A DNA stretch of 64,000 nt. Origin: an uncultured Gammaproteobacteria bacterium (GTDB taxonomy: Bacteria > Pseudomonadota > Gammaproteobacteria > Arenicellales > CAJQKF01). Position numbers and translations under genes: made by a program. The notes under the pieces were generated by a model. The model did not search any database, was not told the DNA's origin, and saw only the letters and a program-made list of their open reading frames with translations. Where the stretch lies: positions 12,318-76,317 of the forward strand of contig CAYGJZ010000004.1 in NCBI GenBank assembly GCA_964350265.1, in the 5' to 3' direction. Numbering within the stretch: position 1 is the first letter of the stretch; every line of letters begins with the position of its first letter. This document shows positions 52,519-62,300 of this stretch, piece by piece.

Positions 52519-53648
52519 TGGACCTGCTGCTGATCTGCACCTACGCGGCGCTTTGCATCGCCGCCTTCAAGATCTTCCGCATCCCGATGAACAAGTGGAC
52601 GGTGCCCACCGCGGTGCTCGGCGGCGTCTTCCTGATCGGCGCGCTGATCCTGCTGATGAACTACAACCACCCGTTCACCAGTCTCGCCAACCAGGCCTAT
52701 GCCACCACCCCCATCGTGCCCACCGTGCGCGGGCGCGTGATCGAGGTGCCGGTGCGGCCCAACCAGCCGCTGCACCGCGGCGACCCGCTGTTCGTCATCG
52801 AGCCGCTGCCCTTCGCCGCCGAGGTGGACCGGCTCAACGCCGCGCTGGAAGATGCGCAGAGCGGCGACGTGCAGCTCGACGCCTCCGCCGAGGTGGCCAG
52901 TTCCCAGCGTTCCCAGGCCAAGGCCCAGCTCGACCGTGCCGAGCGCGAGTACGAACGCTATCGCCAGGCCTACGAGAAGGGTGCGGTCAGCCAGGAGGAC
53001 TTCGAGAACCGTCGCCAGCAGTACCTGGCGGCGAAGTCCGCCTACGAGGCATCCCTGGCCGAGGAACAGCGCGCCCGCCAGGCCAGCGACACCCAGGTGG
53101 ATGGCGAGGACCCGAAGGTGGCGGAGATTCGCGCCGAGCTCGCCAAGGCCAGCTTCAACCTCGAGGAAACCGTGGTCCGCGCGCCCACCGACGGCTACGT
53201 CACCCAGGTCGCCCTGCGCCCGGGCATGATGGCGCTGCCGGCACCGCTGCGCCCGGTGATGGTGTTCGTCCACCAGGAGGAGAAGTTCTACTTTGCCGCC
53301 TTCCGGCAAAACTCCGTGCAGCGACTTGAAGCAGGCTTTCACGCCGAGTTCCTGTTCCCCGCCCTGCCCGGGCGGGTGTTTTCCGGCGAGGTGGTCGAGG
53401 TGCTGCCGGCGGTGGGCGAGGCGTCGATCCAGGCCACCGGACAGCTCGGCGGCACCGAGTTTTTCGCCCGGCCCGGGCGCGTGGTGGTCAAGCTCAAGGT
53501 CACCGACGACCTGTCCGCCTACCACCTGCCCGACGGCAGCCGCGCCGAGGTGGCGGTGTACTCCGACAGCTTTCACCACGTCTCCATCATGCGCAAGATC
53601 CTGCTGCGCATGAAGAGCTGGCAGAACTACGTCTACCTGGACCACTGA
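52518..53648 (+). CDS. HlyD-family membrane fusion-type protein (YiaV-like)
   Basis: Its ATG overlaps the DUF3302 stop as TGATG. It has an N-terminal TM segment, a coiled coil and the motif VRAPTDGYVTQVAL. It is 376 aa. Confidence 0.85.
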   Translation: MDLLLICTYAALCIAAFKIFRIPMNKWTVPTAVLGGVFLIGALILLMNYNHPFTSLANQAYATTPIVPTVRGRVIEVPVRPNQPLHRGDPLFVIEPLPFAAEVDRLNAALEDAQSGDVQLDASAEVASSQRSQAKAQLDRAEREYERYRQAYEKGAVSQEDFENRRQQYLAAKSAYEASLAEEQRARQASDTQVDGEDPKVAEIRAELAKASFNLEETVVRAPTDGYVTQVALRPGMMALPAPLRPVMVFVHQEEKFYFAAFRQNSVQRLEAGFHAEFLFPALPGRVFSGEVVEVLPAVGEASIQATGQLGGTEFFARPGRVVVKLKVTDDLSAYHLPDGSRAEVAVYSDSFHHVSIMRKILLRMKSWQNYVYLDH

Positions 53649-53680
53649 ACGACGGCCCTGCCCGTCGGTGGAGCGGAACC

Positions 53681-54088
53681 ATGCCCACGCGCGCACTGAC
53701 CCTCCTGCTCGCCGGCTGCCTGCTGGCGGCGACGACCGCGGCGCAGGCCGCCGGACCCGGCCGGCCGTCACTGGCGGTGGCGGTCAGCCACTGGATCGAC
53801 AACGAAGGTGTCGAGGTGGCGCGGCGGCGCTTCGCCGCGGTCTACCCGTCCCGCGGCGAGGACTTCCTGGTCGACACGCGCCAGTTCGCCGAGCTGGTGC
53901 GCATCTACCAGCGCACCGGTGAGACCGAGGCGGCCGAGACGGTGGCGGCGATGGCCACGCTGGTGTCGCGCAGCCTGGCCGGGCGCAGGATCCACGAGGA
54001 ATCCATCGACACCTCCGCCGAGGTCGAGCGCGCCGTGCTGCAGCAGCAGGCCACCATGGGTGCCGCCGAGAGCGAGTTGTCGAACTGA
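53681..54088 (+). CDS. Hypothetical secreted protein or lipoprotein
   Basis: The N-terminus LLLAGCLLAATTAAQA fits either a lipobox (LAGC) or an SPI site. I recognise no family. It starts 32 nt after the HlyD-like gene. Confidence 0.5.
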   Translation: MPTRALTLLLAGCLLAATTAAQAAGPGRPSLAVAVSHWIDNEGVEVARRRFAAVYPSRGEDFLVDTRQFAELVRIYQRTGETEAAETVAAMATLVSRSLAGRRIHEESIDTSAEVERAVLQQQATMGAAESELSN

Positions 54089-54109
54089 GCCACGCCGCGC
54101 GGCCACCCG

Positions 54110-55006
54110 TCACAGGCCGCGGGACAGGATCAGCGCGGTGCCGGCAACGCAGATGAGGGCGCCGAGCCAGGCGCCGGCGGAGGGGCGCTGGCGGGTGATC
54201 AGCCACAACAGCGGCAGCACCATGACCGGCGAGGTGGTGGAGAGAATGGCGGCGATGCCGGCATTGCCGTGGGCAAAGGCATACAGCAGCAGGCTCATAC
54301 CCATCGCCATGCCGATGATGCCGGCCAGCGTGGCCCGCCAGAACATGTCGAAGTTCAGCGCGTTCTTCGCCCGCACCACGGTCAGCGGGGTGAGCAGGAC
54401 GGCGTGCAGGGCCAGTGCCGAGACACCCACGCGTACCGCGGTCACCGCCACCGGGTCGGCGCCGGACATCAGCGCCGGCTTCGCCATCAGCGCCCCCACC
54501 GCCTGGCACAGCGCCGCCAGCAGCCCCATCAGCACGCCCGGCCAGACGGCGCCGTGCACGCTTTCCAGGGCATGGCCGGCGCTGGCCGGACGACCGTAGA
54601 AGATCGCCACCGACACCCCCGCGGCCACCGCCAGGCAGCCGAGGATCTGCAGCGGGCCCAGCGCCTCGCCGAACATCAGCCAGCCGATCACCACCGTCAT
54701 CGGCGCATTGGTGGCGAACAGTACCCCGGTGCGGCGCGGCCCGAGCCGGGCCATGGCGGTGAACAGCGCGGTGTCACCGATGAAGATGCCGACCAGCCCG
54801 GAGAGGATGATGGTGGGCAAGTGCTCCGTGCCGATGGTGGCGATGGCGCCGCTGGGCAGCACCCAGGCCATCATCAGCGCGAAGACGATGAGCATGCGGA
54901 TGCGGGTATAGGCAATCCCGCCCAGGTAGCGCGACGGTCCGGTGGAGATGATGCCGGTCAGCGACCAGCAAAGTGCCGATCCCAGGGCGGCGAGCTCGTA
55001 GGGCAT
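54110..55006 (-). CDS. DMT-superfamily (EamA-type) transporter
   Basis: It is 298 aa with about 10 TM segments and a duplicated EamA-like organisation. Confidence 0.8.
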   Translation of the reverse strand: MPYELAALGSALCWSLTGIISTGPSRYLGGIAYTRIRMLIVFALMMAWVLPSGAIATIGTEHLPTIILSGLVGIFIGDTALFTAMARLGPRRTGVLFATNAPMTVVIGWLMFGEALGPLQILGCLAVAAGVSVAIFYGRPASAGHALESVHGAVWPGVLMGLLAALCQAVGALMAKPALMSGADPVAVTAVRVGVSALALHAVLLTPLTVVRAKNALNFDMFWRATLAGIIGMAMGMSLLLYAFAHGNAGIAAILSTTSPVMVLPLLWLITRQRPSAGAWLGALICVAGTALILSRGL

Positions 55007-55033
55007 GGACGGTGCCGCCGCCGGGGGACCGGG

Positions 55034-56071
55034 TCAGTGGGCCAGGCGCCAGCGCAAGGTCTCTCCCGCCGCCAGCGGCACCAGCTCGCCGTCGCCGTAG
55101 GCGAAGGCGGCCGGCACCACCTGTTCGACGCGCTCGATGCGCACCCGCTCGGTATTGCGCGCCAGGCGGTAGAAGTCGGCGCCGTGGAAGCTGGCAAAGC
55201 CCTCGAAGCGATCCAGCGCCTGGTGCGCCTCGAACACCGCCGCGTACAGTTCCAGCGCGTGGTAGCCGCTGTAGCAGCCGGCGCAGCCGCAGTCCGCTTC
55301 CTTGGCATGGCGGGCATGCGGGGCACTGTCGGTGCCGAGGAAGAACTTCGGGTTGCCGCCGGTGGCGGCGGCGACCAGCGCCTGGCGGTGCCGCTCGCGC
55401 TTGAGCACCGGCAGGCAGTAGTGATGCGGCCGCACGCCGCCGCGGAACAGGGCATTGCGGTTGTACATCAGGTGCTGCGGGGTGATGGTGGCAGCCACCG
55501 TGTCCGGCGCATCGACGACGAACTGCACCGCCTCGGCGGTGGTGATGTGCTCGAAGACGATGCGCAGCGCCGGGTGGTCGCGCACCAGCGACGCCAGCAC
55601 CTGGTCGATGAACACCGCCTCGCGGTCGAACACGTCCACCGCCGGGTCGGTCACCTCGCCGTGCACGCACAGCACCATGCCGCGGGCTTCCATCTCGTCC
55701 AGCACCGCGGCGATGTGGCGAAGGTCGGTGACGCCGTGGTCGGCGTTGGTGGTGGCGCCTGCCGGGTACAGCTTGGCCGCGGGCACGTGGCCGCTGGCCA
55801 GTGCGCGGCCGATCTCCGCCGGCTGCGTGCGGTCGGTCAGGTACAGGGTCATCAGCGGGTCGAACCGCTGCTCCGGGGCCAGCGCCGCGCGGATGCGCTG
55901 GCGATAGGCCAGTGCCATCTCGGTGGTGGTCACCGGTGGCACCAGGTTGGGCATGACGATGGCACGGGCGAACTGGCGCGCGCTGTGCGGCACGGTGGTG
56001 GCGAGGGCATCGCCGTCGCGCAGGTGCAGGTGCCAGTCGTCGGGGCGGACCAGGTCGAGAACGTCGGTCAT
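55034..56071 (-). CDS. pyrC: Dihydroorotase (class II, homodimeric type)
   Basis: The motifs are RPDDWHLHLRDG, AKLYPAGATTN, VLCVHGE and FFLGTDSAPH. It is 345 aa from the ATG at 56071. Confidence 0.92.
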   Translation of the reverse strand: MTDVLDLVRPDDWHLHLRDGDALATTVPHSARQFARAIVMPNLVPPVTTTEMALAYRQRIRAALAPEQRFDPLMTLYLTDRTQPAEIGRALASGHVPAAKLYPAGATTNADHGVTDLRHIAAVLDEMEARGMVLCVHGEVTDPAVDVFDREAVFIDQVLASLVRDHPALRIVFEHITTAEAVQFVVDAPDTVAATITPQHLMYNRNALFRGGVRPHHYCLPVLKRERHRQALVAAATGGNPKFFLGTDSAPHARHAKEADCGCAGCYSGYHALELYAAVFEAHQALDRFEGFASFHGADFYRLARNTERVRIERVEQVVPAAFAYGDGELVPLAAGETLRWRLAH

Positions 56072-56126
56072 GACAGGAGAAGCCGTGGCGGAGGCGGCGA
56101 TGATACCAGCGCCGGGCGCCGACGGC

Positions 56127-57167
56127 TCACATCGGCAGCGGGTAGCGGCGGTGCACCGCGCCGATCTCCGCCAGCACCTCGGCATCGAGCACCAGGTCGG
56201 CGGCGGCGAGGCTGTTGTCCAGCTGCGCCATGCTGGTGGCGCCGAAGATGGCCGAGGTCATGAACGGCCGCGACAGGCAGAAGGCCAGCGCCATCTGCGC
56301 CGGGTCGAGCTGGTGGCGTCGCGCCACCGCCAGGTACTCGTCCACCGCCGCCGTCACCGCCGGGGTCAGGCGGCCGCCGACGGTGTCGTTGATGCTGCGC
56401 CGGGAACCGGCCGGGGTCAGGTCGCCGGCGTACTTGCCGGTGAGGATGCCCGCGGCCAGCGGCGAGAAGGCCAGCAGGCCGACCTGTTCGTGGTGGGCCA
56501 GCTCGGCGAGGTCGAGATCGAAGCCGCGGCACAGCAGGCTGTACTCGTTCTGGATCGAGACCACCCGCGGCCCGGCACCGGCCTCGGCGGCGGCGAGGAA
56601 GCGGCCGGTGCCCCAGCAGGTTTCGTTGGACAGGCCGACGAAGCGGATCGCGCCGGCGTCGACGTGGCGTTGCAGGGCGCCGAGCAACCTGGCGATGTCC
56701 TCGTCGACGTTTCGCGCCTGGTCGGAGGGGTCGTAGTCCGGCCACTTGCGAAAGTGGTAGGAACCCCGGTTCGGCCAGTGAAGCTGGTAGAGGTCGATGT
56801 AGTCGGTGCGCAGCCGTCGCAGCGAGTCGGCCACCGCGCGGTCGATGGCCTCGGCGGTGATCGGTGCGCCGTCGCGGATGTAGCCGTGACCCTCGCCGGT
56901 GATCTTGGTGGCGATGAGCACGTCGTCGCGGCGACCACGCCGGGCCAGCCAGCTGCCGATGATGGCCTCGGTGTGCCCGGTGGTCTGCGACGACTGCGGC
57001 GTGGTCGGGTACATCTCCGCGGTGTCGACGAGATTGATGCCGGCGTCGATGGCGGCATCCAGCTGCGCGTGGCCCTCGGCCTCGCTGTTCTGGCTGCCCC
57101 AGGTCATCGAGCCCAGCGTCAGCGCGCTGACCTCGACACCGGTGCGGCCCAGTGGTCGGTATTGCAT
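56127..57167 (-). CDS. tas: Aldo/keto reductase, Tas-like
   Basis: It is 346 aa and appears collinear with E. coli Tas: MQY..LG...EVS.L.LG.MT.G.QNSEA..HAQLD.A...GINL.D.AEMYP and ...RRHGLDPAQMALAF. Confidence 0.88.
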   Translation of the reverse strand: MQYRPLGRTGVEVSALTLGSMTWGSQNSEAEGHAQLDAAIDAGINLVDTAEMYPTTPQSSQTTGHTEAIIGSWLARRGRRDDVLIATKITGEGHGYIRDGAPITAEAIDRAVADSLRRLRTDYIDLYQLHWPNRGSYHFRKWPDYDPSDQARNVDEDIARLLGALQRHVDAGAIRFVGLSNETCWGTGRFLAAAEAGAGPRVVSIQNEYSLLCRGFDLDLAELAHHEQVGLLAFSPLAAGILTGKYAGDLTPAGSRRSINDTVGGRLTPAVTAAVDEYLAVARRHQLDPAQMALAFCLSRPFMTSAIFGATSMAQLDNSLAAADLVLDAEVLAEIGAVHRRYPLPM

Positions 57168-57195
57168 GGGGTTCTTGCTGGCCTGGTGGGTGCGT

Positions 57196-59322
57196 TCACG
57201 GGCTGTTGCCGCGAACGTGGAACGTGACATGGTCGACCACCGCGCCGGCCGCGTCAACCAGTTCCAGGCGATGACGGCCCGGTCGCGGCGTCCAGCCATC
57301 CCCGGCAGCGACGCCCTGCCCGTCCAGGCGCCAGCGCGGCGACGGTGCCGAGGCATCGAAGAAGACCCGCTGGCGGCTCGCGGGGATGTCGTTGTCCAGC
57401 GCCAGGATCATGCCCTCGGCGGGGTAGTGGATGCGCGCCGCCCGGCCCTGCCCGCGGGGCGCGAAGCGGGTCATGGCGGTGCCGGCGACGAACCACTCGC
57501 CGCGCGGGGGCTCGTGGCCGCCGAAGGTGACCGGGCGGCGCTCCACCCCGGCCGGCGGCGCCAGCGGCGGCGGCGCCTGGCCGGCATGCAGGATGCGCAT
57601 CACCCGCGCCCACAGCGGCGCCGCGCCGCTGACCCCGGAGACATCGCCCATCGGCGAGCCGTCGAAGTTGCCCACCCACACGCCCACCGTGTAGCGGGAG
57701 GAGAAGCCGACGCACCAGTTGTCGCGCATGTCCTTGCTGGTGCCGGTCTTCACCGAGGCGGCGAAGGGAAGTGCCAGCACGTTGTCGAGGCCGAAGCTGC
57801 CGGCGCGGGCGCCGCGGTCGGCGAGCACGTCGGCGACGATGAAGGCGCTGGCCGGGTCGAGCAGCCGGCGCGGCGGCGCGGCCGGGCCACCGGGCCGCAG
57901 TGTCAGCGGCGTCTGCTCGCCGCCCGTGGCGAGGGCGCGGTAGGCGGAAACCAGTTGCCACAGGCTGACCTCCGCCGAGCCCAGCGCCAGCGAGTAGCCG
58001 TAGTGATCGCCGTCGTGGACGACGTGGTCGAAGCCGGCCGCGCGCAGCCAGTCGGCGAACGGGTCGACCCCGGTCAGCATCAGCGTGCGCACCGCGGGCA
58101 CGTTGACCGAGCCGGCCAGGGCCGAGCGCACGCTCAGGTGGCCACGGAAACCGCGGTCGTAGTTCTGCGGCACGTAGACCCCGGCGGGGGTCTGCAGGTC
58201 CACCGGCGAATCGGCCAGCAGCGAGGCGGCGGTCAAACGACGCTGGCCGATGGCCAGCGCGTAGAGGAAGGGTTTCAGGGTCGAGCCGGCCTGGCGCGGC
58301 GCCTGGACGCCGTCCACGTACCAGGCCGAGCTGTCCTCGCCGCCGTTGCCGAGGTAGATGCGCACCTCGCCGCTGGCATTGTCCACCGCCAGCACGGCGC
58401 CGTCGCGCACCCGTCGATGACGCAGGGCGCGCAGGGTATCGCGCAGTGCCTCCCCGGCCATGCGCTGGGCCGTGCCGTCGAGGCTGCTGACCACCTGGCG
58501 GGCAGCGTCGCCGAGCAGCCGGCGTGCCACGTGGGGCGCATGGTCGTGGCGCTGGCGAAGCCGGGGGCGATCGGCCAGCGCCCGTGTCGCGCGTTCGTGC
58601 ACGGCGGCGCAGTCGGCGGCGGCGTCCAGCCGCCGCGCCACCGTGCAGGCACGCGCCGCCACCTGTGCCACGGCGGCGTTGGGACCACGCACCAGGGCGG
58701 CGAGGATCGCCGACTCCTCGGCGGTGAGCCCGCCGGGGTGCTTGTCGAACAGGCCGCGGCTGGCGGCGGCAATGCCGACCAGTTCGCCGCGGAAGGTGAC
58801 CCGGTTCAGGTAGGCGGCGAGGATCTCGGGCTTGTCCATGGCGCCCTCCAGCCTCCACGCCGCGCGCACCTGGCGCACCTTGGCCAGCAGGCCGCGCTGA
58901 CCGGAGGCGGCGATGCGCGGGTCGACCAGCGCCGCCAACTGCATGCTGATGGTGCTGGCACCGCCGCGGTCGCCGCCGCGCAGCCGGGCCGCCAGCGCCG
59001 CCGCCGCGGCCAGCCAGTCGACGCCGCGGTGGTCGGCGAAACGGCGGTCCTCGGCCGCCACGATGGCCCGCGCCAGGGCCGGGGAAAGCGCCTCGTGATC
59101 GACCCAGGGCAGGCGTCGTCCGCGCGGGTCCACGCGCAGTTCGTGCAATGGCTGGCCGTGGCGATCCAGCAGCAGGGCATCGCTGGCGGCGAAGCCGCCG
59201 CGCAGCGCCGCGTAGTCCACCGTCCGTGGTGCCGTGCTGACCGCCGCCAGCACGGCGGCCAGCAGCGTCGCCGGCACCACGGCAAGCCACGTTCGACGGG
59301 ACAGCCGCCGCGACCTGCTCAT
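57196..59322 (-). CDS. pbpC: Penicillin-binding protein 1C (bifunctional glycosyltransferase/transpeptidase)
   Basis: The GT51 motifs are EDRRF..HRGVD, GASTISMQLA and RKxxE-like KVRQVRAAWRLE. The transpeptidase motif is SxxK (GSTLKP), with KTGTS also present. The ATG overlaps the alpha-2-macroglobulin stop as ATGA. Confidence 0.9.
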   Translation of the reverse strand: MSRSRRLSRRTWLAVVPATLLAAVLAAVSTAPRTVDYAALRGGFAASDALLLDRHGQPLHELRVDPRGRRLPWVDHEALSPALARAIVAAEDRRFADHRGVDWLAAAAALAARLRGGDRGGASTISMQLAALVDPRIAASGQRGLLAKVRQVRAAWRLEGAMDKPEILAAYLNRVTFRGELVGIAAASRGLFDKHPGGLTAEESAILAALVRGPNAAVAQVAARACTVARRLDAAADCAAVHERATRALADRPRLRQRHDHAPHVARRLLGDAARQVVSSLDGTAQRMAGEALRDTLRALRHRRVRDGAVLAVDNASGEVRIYLGNGGEDSSAWYVDGVQAPRQAGSTLKPFLYALAIGQRRLTAASLLADSPVDLQTPAGVYVPQNYDRGFRGHLSVRSALAGSVNVPAVRTLMLTGVDPFADWLRAAGFDHVVHDGDHYGYSLALGSAEVSLWQLVSAYRALATGGEQTPLTLRPGGPAAPPRRLLDPASAFIVADVLADRGARAGSFGLDNVLALPFAASVKTGTSKDMRDNWCVGFSSRYTVGVWVGNFDGSPMGDVSGVSGAAPLWARVMRILHAGQAPPPLAPPAGVERRPVTFGGHEPPRGEWFVAGTAMTRFAPRGQGRAARIHYPAEGMILALDNDIPASRQRVFFDASAPSPRWRLDGQGVAAGDGWTPRPGRHRLELVDAAGAVVDHVTFHVRGNSP

Positions 59323-62300
59323 TCGCCGGCCACCGTCATCACCGGGTTGGGCCAGGCGCCGTACACCTCGGGGGCATACATCGCCTCCACCCGGGTCGGT
59401 GGCAGGCCGAAGCGGCCGCTGGCCTGGTAGCGCACGGTGTAGCCGACCTGCCAGCGGCCCCGCGGCAGGCGCGCGAAGTAGCCGCGCCAGGCGTCGTCGC
59501 CACGCTCGACGAAGGTCGGCGCGAGGTGGCCGCGGTCGTCCACCAACAGCGTGCTGTCGTTGCCAAGACCGCTGCCGAGAATGCGCGCACCGGCCGGCAG
59601 CGGGTCGTCCACCACCACCCAGGCGCGTTCGGCAGTGGCCTCGATGGTCAGCACCACCCGGGCCACGTCGCCCACCTGCCAGCCGGGCGGCCGGCGCTGC
59701 ACCACCGCTTCCACGCGTCGCTCGACGCGGTAGCCACGCGCCACCGGCGCGTCGAGCGGCACCGCCGCCAGGCTGTCCACCGTGACCCAGGGGGCACCGT
59801 CACCACGATGCTCGATGCGCAGTGGCTGCGCGCCCGCCCAGGGCAGCAGCACCGATCCGTCGCGGCCCCCGGGCCACGACCACGATGCCAGCGCGGCGTC
59901 CGCGGACGAGACCGTGGTCTCGCCGGAAGGCGCGGCCGGCCGTTCGCCCCCGTGCACCGCGCGCAGGGCCAGCATCGCCCAGGCATTGGCGGTGGTGGTG
60001 CCGAAGTGGCCCTGCTGTCGACGCGCCAGCAGGCCACGCGCCATCCGCGCGGCGTCGTCGTCGCCGGCCTCGAGCAGGGCCAGCAACGTGCGCGCGGCAT
60101 TGCCGTTGCCGTTGATCATCAGCCACGGCAGCGTGTCGTCGTCGCGCCCGGCCAGGTCGACCACGCCGCCGCGGACGTCGAGGCGGGCACGCAGCAGCGC
60201 GCGGGCCCGGCGCACCCGGTCCGCGGCTCCGGGCAGGTCGCCCTGGCGGCGGTGGATCGCCAGCCAGTCGAGCAGCGCCGAGGTCGGCCAGTGGCCGGGG
60301 TCCGCCTCGATGGTGGTCAGCCAGCCGGGGTCGAGCGGGCGGTAGCGCGACACCGCCTCCAGCGCCGCCAGCCGGCGCAGCAGCTGGTCCGGCGCGGCCA
60401 TCGGCGAAGCCCGCTGCAGGCGGCCGTCGAGCAGCGCGGCGAGGGCGTCGAGCATGCGACGACGCGCGGCATCGGGCAGCGTCCAGCCGGCGGCATCGGA
60501 CAGCGACAGCAGGTAGCTGGTGAGCACGTCGCTGCCCAGGGACTGGCTCGGCCAGTAGCGTGCCAGGCCATCGCCGTCGAGGGCGGCCGGCAGGTCGTCG
60601 AGCCAGGCCTGGCGCAGTGCCGCGTCGTCCAGCACCACCGCCCGCGACAGCCGCTGCTCCAGGCAGCGATGGGGATAGGCCTGCATGTGGTCGACGACAC
60701 CGCGAAGGTCGCCGGCCAGGCTCGCCGAGAAGCCGAGACGCAGCCCGCCGCGGCCGGCCAGCGCGGTGGCCGGCGGCGATACCGGCAGGTCGCGCGGCTT
60801 CGCCAGGTCGAGCAGCGTCGAGCCCTGCACGGTGACCGGCACCGCCGCACGCAGTGGTCGTTGCACCGCCACGCGGTCACCGGTGTCGCCGGCGCGGGCG
60901 TCGAAGACCAGCTGCATGGTGTCGCCGTCGGCGGGCGCGACCAGTCGCCAGCGGGCGGTCACCGAACCCTGCGCGGGCAGTTCGTGATGCTGCGCCGGCA
61001 AGGCCCGACCATCGACCTTGGCGCTGACCGCCACCTCGCGCACCTGCGACGTGCCGTTGCGTACCGTCACCCGGGCCTGGAACACGTCGCCGTGGCGCAG
61101 CAGCGGCGGAACCGCGGGCAGCAGCATCAGCGCGCGGCGACTGGCGATGCTGGCCTGGCCGGTACCGAAGCGGTCGGCGCCGTGGCTGGCCACGGCAACG
61201 ATGCGAAAGGCACTCAGCGCGTCGTTCAGCGGCACCACGAGGTCGACCCGGCCATCGGCATCGGTCACCGCGTGCTGCCAGCTGAGCAGGGAGTCGAACA
61301 GCATCCGGGTGGGCGCCAGGCCACCGCCGCCGCCGGCCGCCACCGCCTTCTTGCCGAAGTGACGCTTGCCCACCACCTGCATCTGCGCGGTGGCGGTGCG
61401 CACCTCGATGCCGCGCCGGCCCATCATCGACTCGAGCAACTGCCAGCTCGGGTTGGGCGCCAGGGCCAGCAGGCCCTCGTCCACCGCCGCCAGGGCGATG
61501 CGGGCGGCGGCCGCCGGGGTGCCGTCCGGACCGCGAACCTCCACCGCCACCCGCGCGCTGTCGCCGTCGCGGTAGACCGCGCGATCGGTGGACACCGCGA
61601 CGTCGAGGCGATGGGCCGCGCGGCCCACGGTGAGTTCCTCGATGCCGAGCCGGAAGGCCGGCTTGTCGAGATCCACCAGGCCGTCGGGCGCGCGCCCGGC
61701 GATGCGCCCGCGCACCGCCAGCACGGAGACGAAGACGTTGGGCGCATGGCTGGCCAGCACCGGCACTTCCAGCACCGGCTGGCGGCCGTCGAGACGGGTG
61801 ACGAAGGCATCGAGGATGCCTTCGCGCTCCAGGGTCACCAGCGCGGTGGCGCGGCGGAAGGGCATGCGTACCTGCAGGCGGGCGGTGTCTCCCGGCTCCA
61901 GCCGTGGTTGCTCGGCGATCACGTCCATGCGGTCCTCGTCTCCGACCTGGAACCACCAGTGTTCCTGCCCGGCTACCCAGACCTCGCGCCAGGCATGGGA
62001 GGCATGGCCGTTGTCGTCGACCACGCTGGCACGCAGCACCAGGTTGCCTTCGGCGGGGGCCGGCAGCCGGCAGTCGAGACCACCGAGGGCATCGGTGCGT
62101 CCTTCGCACAGGCGGCCGACGGCATCGGTCTGGCGACGGGACTCGTAGGCGTAGAAGCCACCGACCAGGCGCTTGCGATGGGTATAGACGGTGCGCTTGA
62201 AGGCGTCCACGCGAATCGTCTGCCCGGCCAGCGGGCGACCATCGGTGTCCAGGGCCAGCGCACGCAGCGACAGGTTGTCGCGGGACAGCACCCAGCCGTC

